Origin: Klebsormidium nitens
Lineage: Eukaryota > Plantae > Klebsormidiophyceae
Length of the DNA: 64,000 nt
Reading direction: 5' to 3'
Assembly: GCA_000708835.1 (NCBI GenBank)
Contig: DF237009.1
Coordinates: 1-64,000 of the forward strand
The position numbers and the translations under genes are program-made. This document shows positions 39,984 to 53,052 of the stretch, piece by piece. The notes under the pieces were generated by a model. It saw only the letters and a list, made by a program, of their open reading frames with translations, ran no database searches and had not been told where the DNA came from. Position 1 is the first letter of the stretch. The number at the start of each line of letters is the position of its first letter.

Positions 39984-40525
39984 GCCTTGCCATCACGTTC
40001 GCGAATGACTGATTGTGGTTGCAACCGTCGACTATCCTTCGATATTGATTTCCTTGGTCGTATACGCCGTCGCTGGTGAAATAAGCACAATCAAGGATCT
40101 TATTGGTCAGGTAGCCCCGCTGCAAAATGAGTGTACAAATGATAATACAGAGGTCACGGTCTTTTTGACATTCGGAATTGGAGTCTGGATCCATAAATTG
40201 TTTTGGTCAACTGGTATTTCAAGCAATGATCACGCGTTAAACGAGAGCCTATAAAAACGACGTATACCAGACTTGAAATGAATTAGATACGATTAATGGA
40301 CGATCAGTCAGAGTCTCAGTCCCTGCAAGTTATCAGCAACTTACACCAATAATTGCATGCCACGTGCACGCACATCTGTGCATGGGACGTCACATGATCT
40401 TGCACCGTTCGATCACCTAGCTGTTGGGCCGCCATATTTCAAATTATTGTCATTCACTGGCGCATTTTCAACATGCAAATTGCACATGCATACCGGTAGG
40501 TATTCAGTGCAGATCGATCCTCGAT

Positions 40526-41291
40526 ACGCACAAGCAACCTATGGTGGGTATCGGCGGTCTCGATCGCGCGACGATCCGGTCACAAATTTGAATCACCGGT
40601 GTGTCGAGTCGCGACAATTACTGTACGCGGTACTGACGACCGTGCAGACCGGTACTTGAGAATCCGGTCCGAGTTCATAAATTAGAATCTGTCTGACAAG
40701 CCGATCGTCAGAAACTTCCGGAGTTTCCGGCGGTACGGTACCGATCAAGTCTGACCGTACGTGAAATTTGAAAATCATGGTTTCGATCGGAAGTTCCGAC
40801 TCGAACCACCCTAGAGTACCGCGGTACCTAACTTGAAAGGAGAGTGCAGAAGATGGAAACGGGAGTGTAGGGAATGGCGCTTTTTAGAAGCAAGCAATGG
40901 CGGCCAACTTTGCAGCCACGATGGTGCTTCTTCCGATTTGTCCTCAACATAACAAGATGTTGGAGCTTCGAAGGAGCCTTCATGACGCTCTCCCAACATT
41001 TTTTTCTGCTTGTCAGAGGTTTTTATAAGCTGCATATGGCTCTTCTTTGCGTGCCAATTTGATGCTCCTCTCAAAGTGTAAAACCTGACACTGTCTAAGA
41101 ATCTCCTCACACTTACTTACGGCCCGGCAAAATTTTTCTGAGTATTTGTACCGCCCGAGTAACATAAACCTGAGTAGCCGTGACGCGAACCGCCGGTAAC
41201 ACTGACGATATTCGATACGCGCTAAATCGATTTTGTGGCGGCCGGAGTCGGAATCGACTCGGCCGGTACCCACCGTAGGTAGCTTGTGCGT
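40526..41291. repeat. Inverted-repeat-bounded segment, possibly a decayed TIR/fold-back element
   Basis: ACGCACAAGCAACCTATGGTGGGTATCGGC (40526-40555) matches the reverse complement of 41262-41291 at 27/30, with weaker similarity continuing inward. No TSD found. Confidence 0.55.
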
Positions 41292-41956
41292 TGCATGCGA
41301 GAATTGAACGTACCCACATGTTATACCGTCGTTTGTGTTTGAAAACCGTTCGAGCTAGCGCGCCATGCTTTTGAGGCCGCTAAAATGGCCATGTTGGGCT
41401 GGATTTGTAGCTACTTGATTACTAGGCATAATGAGTATGCACGTCATAATCCGGCTGCATGCAACTTCACGTCGTCATGCACATGCATGTGCTGATTGAT
41501 ATTGTAACTTATTAAGCGAAAGCTTGACCTTGTCGAATCTGCACACTGAATCCTTATACACGCGAGTGATAAATCGTTCGCATCATTGTTCTAGCTATAC
41601 GTACGTAGTCAACTTTAGGGATTGACTAAATTCTTCCCGGCACCTGAACTCCAGTTTGGGCGCAGCTATTCTCGTGGCCTCCTAATGCTGTTTTCCAGTT
41701 GAACACTAATGGTTCTGGTACACACCAAGCGCATATTTGACAACCCATTGGATGAAGGCAGAGGCGCACTCTACCAGTCCGAGGCTGTTGATGAACACAG
41801 CTGAAGCCTGATTCAAGCTTGCAATTTAGATCGTCTGAGTATCTTAGGTTCTAACGCGATCTGTGTCTATTGTACGAGCGACAGTCCTATTCACACATGC
41901 GCCACGCGCATCACACCAATCAATGCACCCCCCAGTTATGACGGAGGTTTTGTAAG

Positions 41957-44900
41957 TCAGCGGACGTTCAACCGCGCAAAGTCGTTCATCGTTTCCTGCT
42001 GGATGTTGGGGATCGGGTGCACGCTGCTGAGGTTGTGGTGGATGCTTGCAAACTTCTCTTGGAGCTTCTCGACCTGCAACGCGCAAGGACAACTATGTTA
42101 GAAACTGCAGGTACGCTGCTCCTTGCCGGGAACTAGGGATGGGGTACTGGAGATGAGGATGTTAGAGTGGCTACTTTGAATGGATGCCCAGAAGATTCTG
42201 ACGAAACAAGCAACGAAAAGCCGAGGATCACCAAAACCAAGAATAAAAGATAAGAACCGGTTCCACACGCTCACCCTACGCTCGTCCTTTTGCGCTTCAA
42301 CACGGCGCGCACTCAGCTTTCCGCCCAGTAGAGAACGGGGACAAATAAATTTTGAGACGAGGAATTGTACTAAAAAGAAAATTTGAGGCCCCATGCTTAC
42401 CCTGCGCAGCTCGTGTTCAAGCTTGTCCTTATGCGCCTCATGCGCGGCGCGCACCTGAAAATCTACCTTCCTCCGCGCGCTCTCCAAAAGGAAAGAATGT
42501 GAAAATCTGGGTCGAAGGATTGAGACACAGAAAGAACTTCGCGGCGTGCTCACCCTGCGCAGCTCGTGATCGAGCTCGTCCTTTTGCGCCTCGAGCGCGG
42601 CGCGCACGGTGCCGACGTCGAAGACGTTGTCGAGGTCCTCCTCGTAGGCGACCTCGAGGCGCTCCCGCAGCAGGCCGGGGAATCTGTCGATCATGGGCAT
42701 CAGGAAGAAGCAGTTGAACTGCGGAGAAAACAGGTTGACCAAGGGGGTTAGCTTGAGGAAATTACGGACATCAGCAGGAAGCAGTCATACTGCGGGGAAA
42801 CGGGTCAGCTTAGCACGGGGTTAGGAAACATCAGAAAGAAACAAGAAGTGCGGAACGCCGGTTATCGAAGGGGTTAGCTTGAGGAAGTTGGTGAGAAGGT
42901 TGGGCGTCGATCATGGGCACAAGGAAGAAGCAGCTGAATTGCGGGGTAACGGGTCTACCGAGTAAGCTGGTGAGTCGGTCAAGGGCCCCCAAGAGAGACT
43001 GAAGCCGAAAAGTTGAACGAGTCAATCTGCTTTAGAAACTCAGGGTGAGAGTCAATTAAGAGCAACATGAAGCAGCAGTCGAAGTACGGGAAGCAGGTCA
43101 ACGAACTAGAAGCCTGTCAACGGCGTGCCAGGGAGGAGACCACGGGGCAGGATGCGCAAGAGAAAAGCCGAAGAGCGTGGGAGTCCGCTCTTAAAACAGC
43201 GATGACGCCATGCTTTCTTGTACCTCATTACAGACACAGCGACCCGCTCTTCCTCAGACTACCTACTTACGCCTTCCAAGCGTTCCTTAATAAGAGAGTT
43301 CAACAGAGACGACGCTGTGGCGGAGTGCGGAGTAGTCTCGATTCTATGTTGAGTTAGGTCAGGCCCGGGGGACGGTTAGGGTTGGGTTGGGGGATTAGGG
43401 TGGGTACAGGTGCGGAGCATGTAACTTTGGGTTTAGGTTTTTAGTTAGTTTGCGCCCGGGATACTGATCTAACTCAACATACACCTAACCTCAACATAAA
43501 ATTGAGACTTATGGAGGTTCTCACCTTGAGCTCGGCAGACTGGACGAAGTAGTCGCGGATGCCTTGGAAGATCTGGGACACCAGCGCGTTCACGATGTCC
43601 TGCCAGTCGCACGCGAGCTGGGAAGAGAAGAGCGGGCGTCAGAAAGGAGCACCGGTACTTTGGAAGGGCTCGGACGACGACTGTAGGAAGCTTTGTTTGA
43701 GCTTCTAAAAGAACGATTGGTCACATGCGGGCAGAGATATAAGATGCTATGCTGTTCTGGACGAGTGGATGTCTGGTGGCATTGCTCATTTGCTGCAACA
43801 AAGACAAACTGAGACGGCCTCTTCACGAATCCTTCAGACACGCCCTAAATAGTCGGTTCTGATCTTCTCGTCACCTTCGACACGACGGCGTCACGCCTGA
43901 ACCCCTGAATCACTTACAAACCTGCTCCGTACATCTTTCCTTCAACGAACTTAAAGACACCTCCCCTTAATTTCCTTATAAGCACGTAATCATCTCTTTT
44001 CTTGGTTAGATACGGAGGTCTTTGCGTATCGAGCTTCAGAAAGAATTGACGGGTTCTGACCCCCTACCCCCTGCCCTAGTCTTCTCAAATTTACCCACAA
44101 TTCACTCAAAGTCAAGCCTCAAGTTTAACGTCTTGAAACCCATGACTCCCTCACCTCGGAGCTGGGCGCGAGCCGCCGGTTCCACAGCGTGCTCTCCAGG
44201 AGGTCCACCAGGCGCGCCTGGGACTGTTCTTTGCGGACGCTCTCGTCGGCGTCCGGCGCGGCCGGCTTGCGGACGGGCCGGACGTTCTCCTGCTGGTTGG
44301 AGATGTCGGCCAGGGGCTCCAGCACGGAAGCGGCCTTGTTGCTGCACATGTTGTCCAGGAACGCCCGCAGGCCGCCGCGGTTCTGGGGGAAGGAGGAAGG
44401 AACGGGGCCTTTTAGAAGGTAACTGGATGTCAATATGAGACTCGGCCCTTCACTTGGTTGATTGAGGATTGCTCTGTAACTGAGGCGCTTCTTTTATCTG
44501 GCAGAAAGGGTGTGTATTGCTCCGCCTTTCAGAGAGGCTTACTGTAGTCTAGCAGAAAGAAGTACGTCTGAAGGCGCGTACTCGAGGAACGTCGCGATGT
44601 GAACATGGAAGAAGGGGAGGAAAGAAGCACGCTTGGGAGCGTCGATCACACGGCATCCTCACCTTGTGGTGCAACGCCCACGTCACGTAGCGGGTCGTAC
44701 TGAGAAGGTCCTCCAAGCACCTGAAACAAAAAAAGATGCTTAAGAGCCGAGTCCTCGTACGTTATCCATAAAAAGCAAGCATTGCTGCTGTATAAATGGG
44801 GCTATCGGAGCTCAGAAAGCATAAAAAAGTCACAAATTCAAACGAGCAGAAAAGTTGGCCTGTCAGCGTACCAGCTTCAATAGGCCTCACTTCTCGCATA

Positions 44901-47900
44901 AAACGGGAAAAGAAGGTCCGGAGTCAGGATCCTTGGGTCTAGCAACAATGTTGAATGTAAGGGCAACAACAGGTCAAAAGAGCTGCTCAAAAAGCGTTTG
45001 TTGTGCGTCTGAAGCTCCTCTCTGAGAGGACTCTGCTGTAATCACTGCCGCGAGTAGAAAATACGCTCTTAAGAAACGGCCAAAAGCCGAAAGGCCGGTC
45101 AGGAACTGGAGAGGGCGAAGGCTTACTTGTCCTTGCACGAGCGCTCCGTGTCCTCGACGAAGCTCTCAAACGTCGTCGCGATGCGCTTCATGAATACCTC
45201 GTGGCCCGTCAGGAACTCGCCGTCCCGCTGAACGCAGAACACGTGTCGCATCACAATTCAGCAAAGATGCTTCTCTGAGTCCATTTTGAGGTTGAGATTA
45301 TTTTTGAGTCCAAGTTCTTCGGCAGATGACAAGGCCTTTCGATGAAGCAGCCATCAAAATGGCGAAGTTCAACTAGATGACCGTTTGCTGGTCACAGAAT
45401 GCAGAAAGCGAGTCCATGCTGACAATCGAGGGTTTGCAAGAGCAAGGTCCAAAACAAGATTGCAAATAGTTGTCCCACTGAACCATAGCCCGCAGAATCT
45501 TGTGGGATCTCAACGCTTGTAAGGGACTCGGGTCCATACTGCTTAGGAGAGGAGCTTGAATTCCTCCCAATCGCGCAGCCACTCTCACCTGTTGCCCAGG
45601 ATACTAGGTAGCCGGGATCTAATGATTGGGTTCAAAGAGAAAGGAAACAGAAGCTCACCTGGAGAAGATACATGGCGATGGGCATGACCCTCCTGAGGAT
45701 GTGGCTCAGGCGAGACCCAAGCTGCAAGAGTACAAAAATCATATAAATGTCACTGGATTTGACATGAGTTTTACTACAGACAGGAGAAACGTCCTGCTTT
45801 CCAGACCCGTAACCCTAAATGAGTCTGCATCTTCTCAGGTGGGATATCCGAAGCGGATACGCTTTCAGTCGGATCGAAGAAGCTTCTGGACCATCTCTGA
45901 GAACTGATGGCTTGGTCGCACGTTTCTCTTCATGAAAGGACAAACACCACAAGCCCGCGACTCACATCCAGAATGTTAAAAAGGCTGCCAAATTGAGAGG
46001 CAATACGGTCTTGGTTCTCAATCTCTGTACCGCAGAAGCGTTAAGGGTTGCTCATCCTGCATCAGGGGGGGGTTTGCATGGCAGTAAACAAGCTTCTGCT
46101 TACCTGGTGGAGGAAGGGCTCAAAAACGTCCTTGGCCTTCGCCACCGCAATGACGCAGGCAGTCCTATAAGTGGAAATGGTAACATCGTCAGCCTTGAAC
46201 ACGATATTGACGTCAGCCACTGGCTCAGGCGATCGAGCGAGAGCAACCCTCGCATGGTTATGCATCTGACGGACCTTGTGCAAGATCCTGGACACCTCTT
46301 TCACACCAGAAAGACAGCACGAGTTGCCTGGGATTGGCCAACCTTTATTGAATCAGATTCTACGGCTCAAGAAGCCCATTTGAACAAGCACACAGTTCTG
46401 TACCGCGCTCAAAGAATGTGGCGACTGAGCGACTTAAACTATACGGGATCGAGGCACTTGCAGAAGTTCAAGCTGTTGAGCCGCGTGTGGATTCGCACTT
46501 CCTTCTTCATCTAGGTAGTACCGAAACAGGACGCTTGCAGCGATGCAACTTGGCTCTCATCCTGTATTGTTTTGCCGTGGCAGCTAGACCAAGAGAAGTG
46601 CTCCAAACCTGAAGTAGTTGGTTCCGTCGTGGATGTCCTCTACTCCGCACGCGTTCACAATCTCCTCCCGGTTGACGATCGGGCACTTCATGCTGCCCAC
46701 GATGGTCCGGAACTCGTGCATCGCGCGGTGGTATTGCGCGCCTCCGTAAAGCCGCATATTGGCGTTCTGCAGCATAGGACAGGTTATGTTTACAGTCTGC
46801 ATCGACCGGCGTCCTTGAAAGAGAATTTTGCGCAGACCCTGACTGACGAATTTAGCACTTCATGCGACCTCGAGGACCGCTGATCTTGTCTGTTGACAGC
46901 GAACCGTACCGTATACAACTCTTGCTTCGCAAGTAATTATGCCCCTCTACGGAAATTCGCAAGCTCAGCCCTGACTGCTGAGACTTACAGATTGTTGTAG
47001 GTTCAGCGGAAACGATGCGGGCATGTTGGTATCCAGCCCCATGCCTACGTGTTCAAGGCGCTTCGAGTGCAATCAGCCCCTTTGTGGGGGGTAAAGAAGC
47101 AGAGAAGGAACAATCTTGCCGTTGAAAATTTCAAAGCTGTGCATTCATCTCCAGGCCAAACAATGTAAGCAGCTGAGAAGAGGTGAGGAAGTCTGACCGG
47201 GATGAACTTCTGGGGGAGCTGGTTGCCATCGAAGCCGGAGAATGCGCCTCCAATGATCCGCTCATCTTGAAGCGCCTCACCTGGAAAAGAGAGTAATCGA
47301 GCATGAAAACTTGAACGATCCACCTCGATTATGCTGAGGGGATAAACATGAACCAGCCACGGCCGCCGCTTGGCAAAGGTCTGACCGTACGCTACACAAC
47401 CGTTTAGATAGCTTCACATGGCCAAGGATGAGGAGTAGTACTTACCGAACCTTTCGGTGGGGGCTGCCACGGTTCCTTTCAGGATGACGGAGAGCTGCGT
47501 CCAGACAGAGTGGAAGTTTGAGTCACTGTTGTCGCATACTTACCTCTGAAGAAAGCGCCGTCAAAGTTTGCATTTGGGGATGGGTACTTTCAACACCAAT
47601 CTTTGCAGCGCTTGAATGATCTTCCAGCTTCTTCTCGCACGAGTTAAAGAGCTGACTTTAGCGTATTCTGTATGATGAAGGCGACGAGACCTTACCTTCT
47701 TAAGGTACTGATCCCGGAATATCCTGCCCCGCTCCTTCAGCTTTGCACCGTCCAGATTGCTGCAGAAGTCAGTGGCCACCATTAAGACAATCTCTCTGAT
47801 TTCTGAACTCAAGCGGGCAAACCGAATTTAGAGAGACTACCAAATATTGTATGCGTATCACACTGGCTTACATCAATGAAGATCCAAGCGGGAAAGTTGG

Positions 47901-50900
47901 TCGAGGGTGTTCGGAAAATACACCTCTCTCAAGCTTTTGCAAGTACGAAATGTAGGAGCAAGATAATGGTCTTGATCTCCTAATGATCCTCTCACTCACC
48001 TTAGCTCTCGAATCGTTGCGTTGAGCCTGACGGCTGCCCCCCTGTACTCCCTGTCCAGCAAAGGCACAATAGACGGAACGCTCTCCATGTATCTGGAAGC
48101 AATCCGCGCGAGCATGTCAGTAACTTCTGCTTGAAGGAGGAAATTAGATTCGTTAAGTATCTCTCTAGATTCTAGAATTGGTTCGAAGTTTGCGTGTCAT
48201 GTTTCAAGTTCAAGCATGCGACTTCCTTAGCCTTCTAGGCTGTTTCCTCAAACGCAGAGAGGACCTTCGAACCGACTCGGAGTCTGAAAATCCGACCACA
48301 AATTGTCCTGAAGCGGTCGCACTAGCATTCCCTAACTGCATGGCGTGAGCGGTTGATCACATCTTCAAAATCTCGCAGCATAGCCCCTTCCTTGGGGCAT
48401 TCGAAGAGTGCCACAGCGCAACATAGCATTTCCAGTCCTGCTCGTTCAGCAGCGACTGAAACTTGATCAAAATAGTCGACAGGAAACATTCTGCCGCAAG
48501 CTCACCGCCTCTGCAGAAGCTGCTCCAAGAACAGCCGCAGCCTGCTGACGCCAATCCGTGCCCTCTCTGCCGCATGGAGCGGCCTGTCCAGCTTCTCCTC
48601 CAACATAGCCACATCCCGAGCCTCGCGCATTGCGACCGCCTGGTCAAGCAAAGCGGATTTGTCTTGCTCAGCTTTGCGAAGCTCTCCGCCATTTATCGGA
48701 TGCTGACTGAATTACGTACATTCCCTTTGCCAAAGAACTTCATTTGCGGTGTGTTGTTGTACTCGAATCGACCACCATTTGGAAATGAGAAGGCAAACAA
48801 GCTTCGAAGATGAACAACAGGTATAGGGATTGCCGGTTTTGCCGGAAGCTTAATTCCGTTTGCTTACAAGGGAGAAGGCTTACCTCTCTGAACTGATCAT
48901 TTGTCCTCAACACGGAGTCCCGATCGTTCCCAACTCTGTCAGACGGCACGGACCTGAACGAGGCGAGTTGCTGTTGTCAGCAGTTATGACTCCACTTCGC
49001 TCAGCGTCCGCACTGACTTGGTGAAGAGGTCTTACTCTCTGATCTCACAAAGTTGGAGTGACAAGCTTCTGAGCAGAAATTGTGCAAAAATGGCTCTTGG
49101 CAAGAAAGTCGGAAAATGGGCTCCTCACGAGAAGAAAGGAGTATTTCCAAGGATGTCCCCATCCAGCAGGCGGGATGGGGGCCGGAGGAAGAGCTCCACG
49201 TCAGCAGCCCGTCCGAATTGGGGAATCCTTGTGTCTAGCTTTGTGGACACCACAACAGTCCGCGTCAGCTCGGGATCCATCTGCAAAGACGAGTTGCACA
49301 AGATGAAGTCCCCTGGTGATTTTTCTTCCCAAGCAACAACTTCCAAGAAGCATGCTACTGACAATTGTCAAACTTCCTAGCAAATGCATACAAGATCTTT
49401 GTAGAGGACAGGAATGTTAGTTGCCTCTGAAAGAAGACGTCACAGATGATTTGGTACCAGTGGAATCGACCTTTCAGCTCAATGAAGGCTTGAAGATCCT
49501 CAAACAGTTGAGGAGGCAAGCAGCTTATCGCCACAGTAGAGTAAAAGGCTTGCTGAATGAGTACCTTGCCACATGAGCGATCTTCGAAGATCTCAACCTA
49601 CATCAATCTCACCTGCATGACTACCCGGCGCGTCGTGGCGTTGCTCCAATCGCTGCAGTCCTCCAAGCAGAGAATGATGAATTCCCGCTGCTTCATCTTG
49701 TTGAGCACTAGTTGCTCCACCGCCCTGGCCTGGGCCTGAAGCTGGTGGTTCTTTTTGCCAGGCGCTGCGGCAATCAGGCCCGGCGTGTCTATGATGGTCA
49801 GGTTGGGGCAGTACTTGTACTCGATGCGCACAACAATCTCTTTGGCCCAGAACTGCAGTGCCTCTTGCTCCAGTCGGTGGTTCTCAGACTCGATGTGGTC
49901 CTGCAAGTGTCGGAAGCAGTGAGTAAGGACCCTCTTCGTGTGAAAGCATCAGGCAAATCCTGACCGAAAGAATCGTTTTTGAGCAAGCACAGTGGGAAGT
50001 TCAGGTGTCCCTTTAAAATGAGCATTCACCTAAGGCTCTGAGCATTCACCTAAGGCTCTGCAGGGATTTTGACCTCTGTCGATGCCTATGAGACAAACTT
50101 GCAAATATACTACCTCGAGCCAAGAAACAAATCGGAACAACAGAGACTGATGAGTCACCAGATTGATTACGTTCTCACTCTCGCAGCTCAAGGACTAGTT
50201 GGCCCCACATCCAAAGATTCGCCCCACCAATAGGAAAGGTCTGCAGGGTTTTGATCTGTGTAGGTCTAGCTTCGTGTCAAGCAGAATAATAAAAGATTTT
50301 CGAAGCTCTTCTGCACTCAATGTTAGAATGTCTTTTAGAGAGATGCTCACAGCTCCGTAGGAAAAAAGCTGCAGCACGTCCCCAAAGCTGCTTACCTGCA
50401 GCTCCTCCAGGGTTCTCTCCTCTTCTTTCATCCTCCTATCGTCTGTGATCAAGTAGCATCGTGGCTCGATGCATTCAGGGTTGTACTTCATGTGGAGTGT
50501 GATTGGTCGCCTTGTCTTTGTTCCACCCCCAACATGATTGAACCTGCACCAGTCAAGGGTGCATCAGAAACCCTATGTGGCTTACTTGCTTGCATGTCCT
50601 TCCCTCAGACAGTAAGCAAACATCATTGCCACACTCAAATGTATTCACTCAAATGTATTCATGCAGGCAGATTTAACGTTAAAGCTGCACACTGGTCGTG
50701 CATATTGTGAAATGACGCCGACGTCAAGGAAGTTTTGGCTTTTGAGCATAGAGAGCGAGTTTGGAAGTTGTGTCAAGTTGAAGGCACAGAAGACTTTTTC
50801 TGGGAAAGGAATGACACTTACTGGAATCCCATGAGTGCCTCCACAAGTGCACTCTTCCCATCCGTCTGGTGACCAACAACAAGTATTGCAGGAGCGTCAA

Positions 50901-51726
50901 AAGGCTTCTGGAAGTCTTGGGCCAAGCTGCAAAAGAATGCAGTTTTTGTCAGTGTCTTGAATTTGTTTGATTCGGCGAAAGTAGTCCGTCTGCTGCACTG
51001 AAAAAGATTTTTCTTCAAGGTGCTGTTCAGAGAGGCCAGGTTAAGGCCAGGTCCAATGCCTTAATATAACATTGCACTCCATTTGAGAAGGTGCACTTCA
51101 TTGTATGGGCAAACATTTTGTTGAAGATGGGCGGACCAAAGCAACCTTTGACAGAGCGTACAGAGCAAAGAGACTAATAAACATGAGCAGTACGGAGACT
51201 GATGACCATATCTTTGAACCTCCTGCAAACAGTAGCCAAGATAAGATCTTGCAAAGAGTTCGCAAAAGCTAAACTCCGTGGCTCACCTGTGCAGATCATT
51301 GTAAGCTTCGTAAAGCTTCTCGTTCCCGTTTGCAAGTGACGAGCTGAATAGTTTGGAAGGCGAACTGTGCCCAGCATCCTTTGCCCGTTGCGGAGATGTC
51401 ATCTGGCCCGTAGCTTGTGAGCGCATGCGGGGATTTGGGAACTGCTGCAAGAGCTTGGGGTCTGGTTGGGGAGCCGACTGAAGAGTACCGCGGAACGTGA
51501 CTGGTGTTACGGGTATAGCACCTGCTGCAATCCTGTTGTATGAATCAATGCCTTCATCTGACGAAGCCTTCTTGCTGTCATCAGATGCAGACCTTGAGGA
51601 GTCCTTAGACTGATCTGAGCTCCGCCCGTCGACAGGCGAAGTCCCTGCATGGGATGCTAGCCACTTCTCAGCTACCCCTGCGCGAACCTCCTTAAAGTGG
51701 TTGGCGCCTCCCATGTTGCTTTGCAT
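41957..51726 (-). CDS. ARC5: Dynamin-related plastid division protein ARC5/DRP5B (20 exons, ~883 aa)
   Basis: Exons 51726-51287, 50926-50822, 50543-50396, 49900-49613, 49280-49129, 48953-48884, 48639-48506, 48092-48000, 47759-47696, 47494-47446, 47280-47198, 46766-46609, 46164-46104, 45721-45659, 45227-45127, 44720-44663, 44382-44155, 43599-43525, 42718-42554, 42073-41957. Motifs LYEAYNDLH, VGHQTDGKSALVEALMGFQFNHVGGGTKTRRP, IIDTPG, STKLD, RLYGGAQYHRAM. Confidence 0.96.
43334..43509. mobile_element. Fold-back MITE in ARC5 intron 18 with inverted arms and telomere-like core
   Basis: Left AGTCTCGATTCTATGTTGAGTTAGGTCAGGCCCGGG pairs with two right segments: CCCGGGATACTGATCTAACTCAACATA (43455-43481) and CCTAACCTCAACATAAAATTGAGACT (43484-43509). 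The core 43370-43454 is the reverse complement of the core at 7331-7424. TSD not convincing. Confidence 0.7.
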
Positions 51727-52280
51727 TTAACAGAGACTAGATTCACTGCATGGATGTGCAGAGAAAGTTAAGGATCTTAGCTATAGCTTTCTGCTCCACA
51801 ACTGGCTTGAGCCTGCTAAAGATTTGGTCTGGCTTCCAAAAACCTCACCCTTACTTGTTGAGCGCTACTGAGGGAATGGCCTGCAAACTCGAAGAACTGG
51901 CTTGGATTTGAAAGACTTGGCAAGCTCTCTGTAAGCTTCACTTTCGACACTGTTCAGGGTGGCGGAGAATCTCCTTCGCTTGGGACTGCGGTGCCGTCCC
52001 AACGTTGATGGCAGGATCGGAAGGACCTCTGTTGAGTTGAGAGGGTGCAAACCGGCTGAACGTCCTGCTCTTTGTTTCACTGGGAAAGACGCTGCGGAAT
52101 GCAGGTTTCTGAAGCAAGGATCGCTGTTGTAGCGCCTCAGCAATTGGCAATTGCTCTTTTAGAAAGTGTAAGGCTAGAGTGTACACTGTTCACGCGGTAC
52201 CACCTAGAGCTGTAGGATATGTGGCCCTTAGCCTACCGGTAGTCGTGTCAAGTCCAAATTTCAAATTTGAACTTGCATTC

Positions 52281-52493
52281 TTGGGCCCAATCGGACGGTA
52301 GGGACGGCTTTAAAATTGCAAGGTCCAGGTTTCACCGAGCGCGACAGCGTACCGCGGCCGCGACCTTCGCTAGAGCGGCCGCGCGCTTCAAATTGACATA
52401 CTGGTCTGCTGGTAAGTAGCTCTTGTGTGCCCTAACAGCTGTGTGCCCTAGCTTTGGTACATCCCGAGCAACCTCTGCAACTAGAAACCCTAA
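52281..52493. promoter_or_regulatory. Site II-like (TGGGCCCA) and telo-box (AAACCCTAA) motifs upstream of ARC5
   Basis: TTGGGCCCAA near 52281-52290 and AAACCCTAA at 52485-52493. This motif pairing is known from plant housekeeping promoters. The transcription start is not determined. Confidence 0.35.
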
Positions 52494-52991
52494 CCCAAAA
52501 GCTTACGCGTGCACCGGCACCAGCACCGTCATTGACAATGATGCCTTCGAGGGGGCCTCGAGGCTGGTCTCCTTGCGTGCAACACGCTCGGCGGGACAAT
52601 CACGCCGACATGCCCCCGCAAGCAGGGACCGCGGCGGCGTCTTCAGGGCCACGCGGTACACAAAAGCAAGACAAACGGCTGCCCGGTCCCCGCCCGGTCA
52701 CGATCCGACTCGCTGCCGGCGCGAGCGGAACTTGACCGGTCGTATGCGACCGATGCAACGGCGCCGGGGGATACATGTGGCTCCTCAGGCTCCGGCGCGC
52801 GGCGCGATTGTAGACGGGCCAACGCTCAAGGTCACTGATTCAGGAGGATCGTCGGGGCTTATATCTCGTGGACTTTTCCAGTGACCTGGGAATCATAGCT
52901 AGAACGCAGAAGTAGAGAGAGCAAAGAGAACAAAGTTTGGGGCCAGCTTGGTAATATGTTAGCCGCATGGCGCACGCGCGTGCGAGTATTA

Positions 52992-53052
52992 TTCTAAGCT
53001 AGCCGCCGGCAGGCCGGCAGGCCGCTGTTCTAAGCTAGCCGCCGGCAGGCCG
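52992..53052 (+). repeat. 25-bp direct repeat
   Basis: TTCTAAGCTAGCCGCCGGCAGGCCG at 52992-53016 and 53028-53052. Confidence 0.85.

Noticed and set aside
50025-50670. Short perfect direct repeats in introns (e.g. CATTCACCTAAGGCTCTG x2, CACTCAAATGTATT x2; similar ones near 8990, 11185, 59865, 63680)
   Set aside because: Ordinary slippage duplications with no shared sequence or structure.
51938-52186. 82-aa ORF upstream of ARC5 as a uORF
   Set aside because: It starts with GTG, has no ATG and shows no recognisable motif.
52485-52496. AAACCCTAACCC as a telomerase RNA template
   Set aside because: No Pol III-type USE/TATA promoter or T-run terminator could be identified. A telo-box is the simpler reading.
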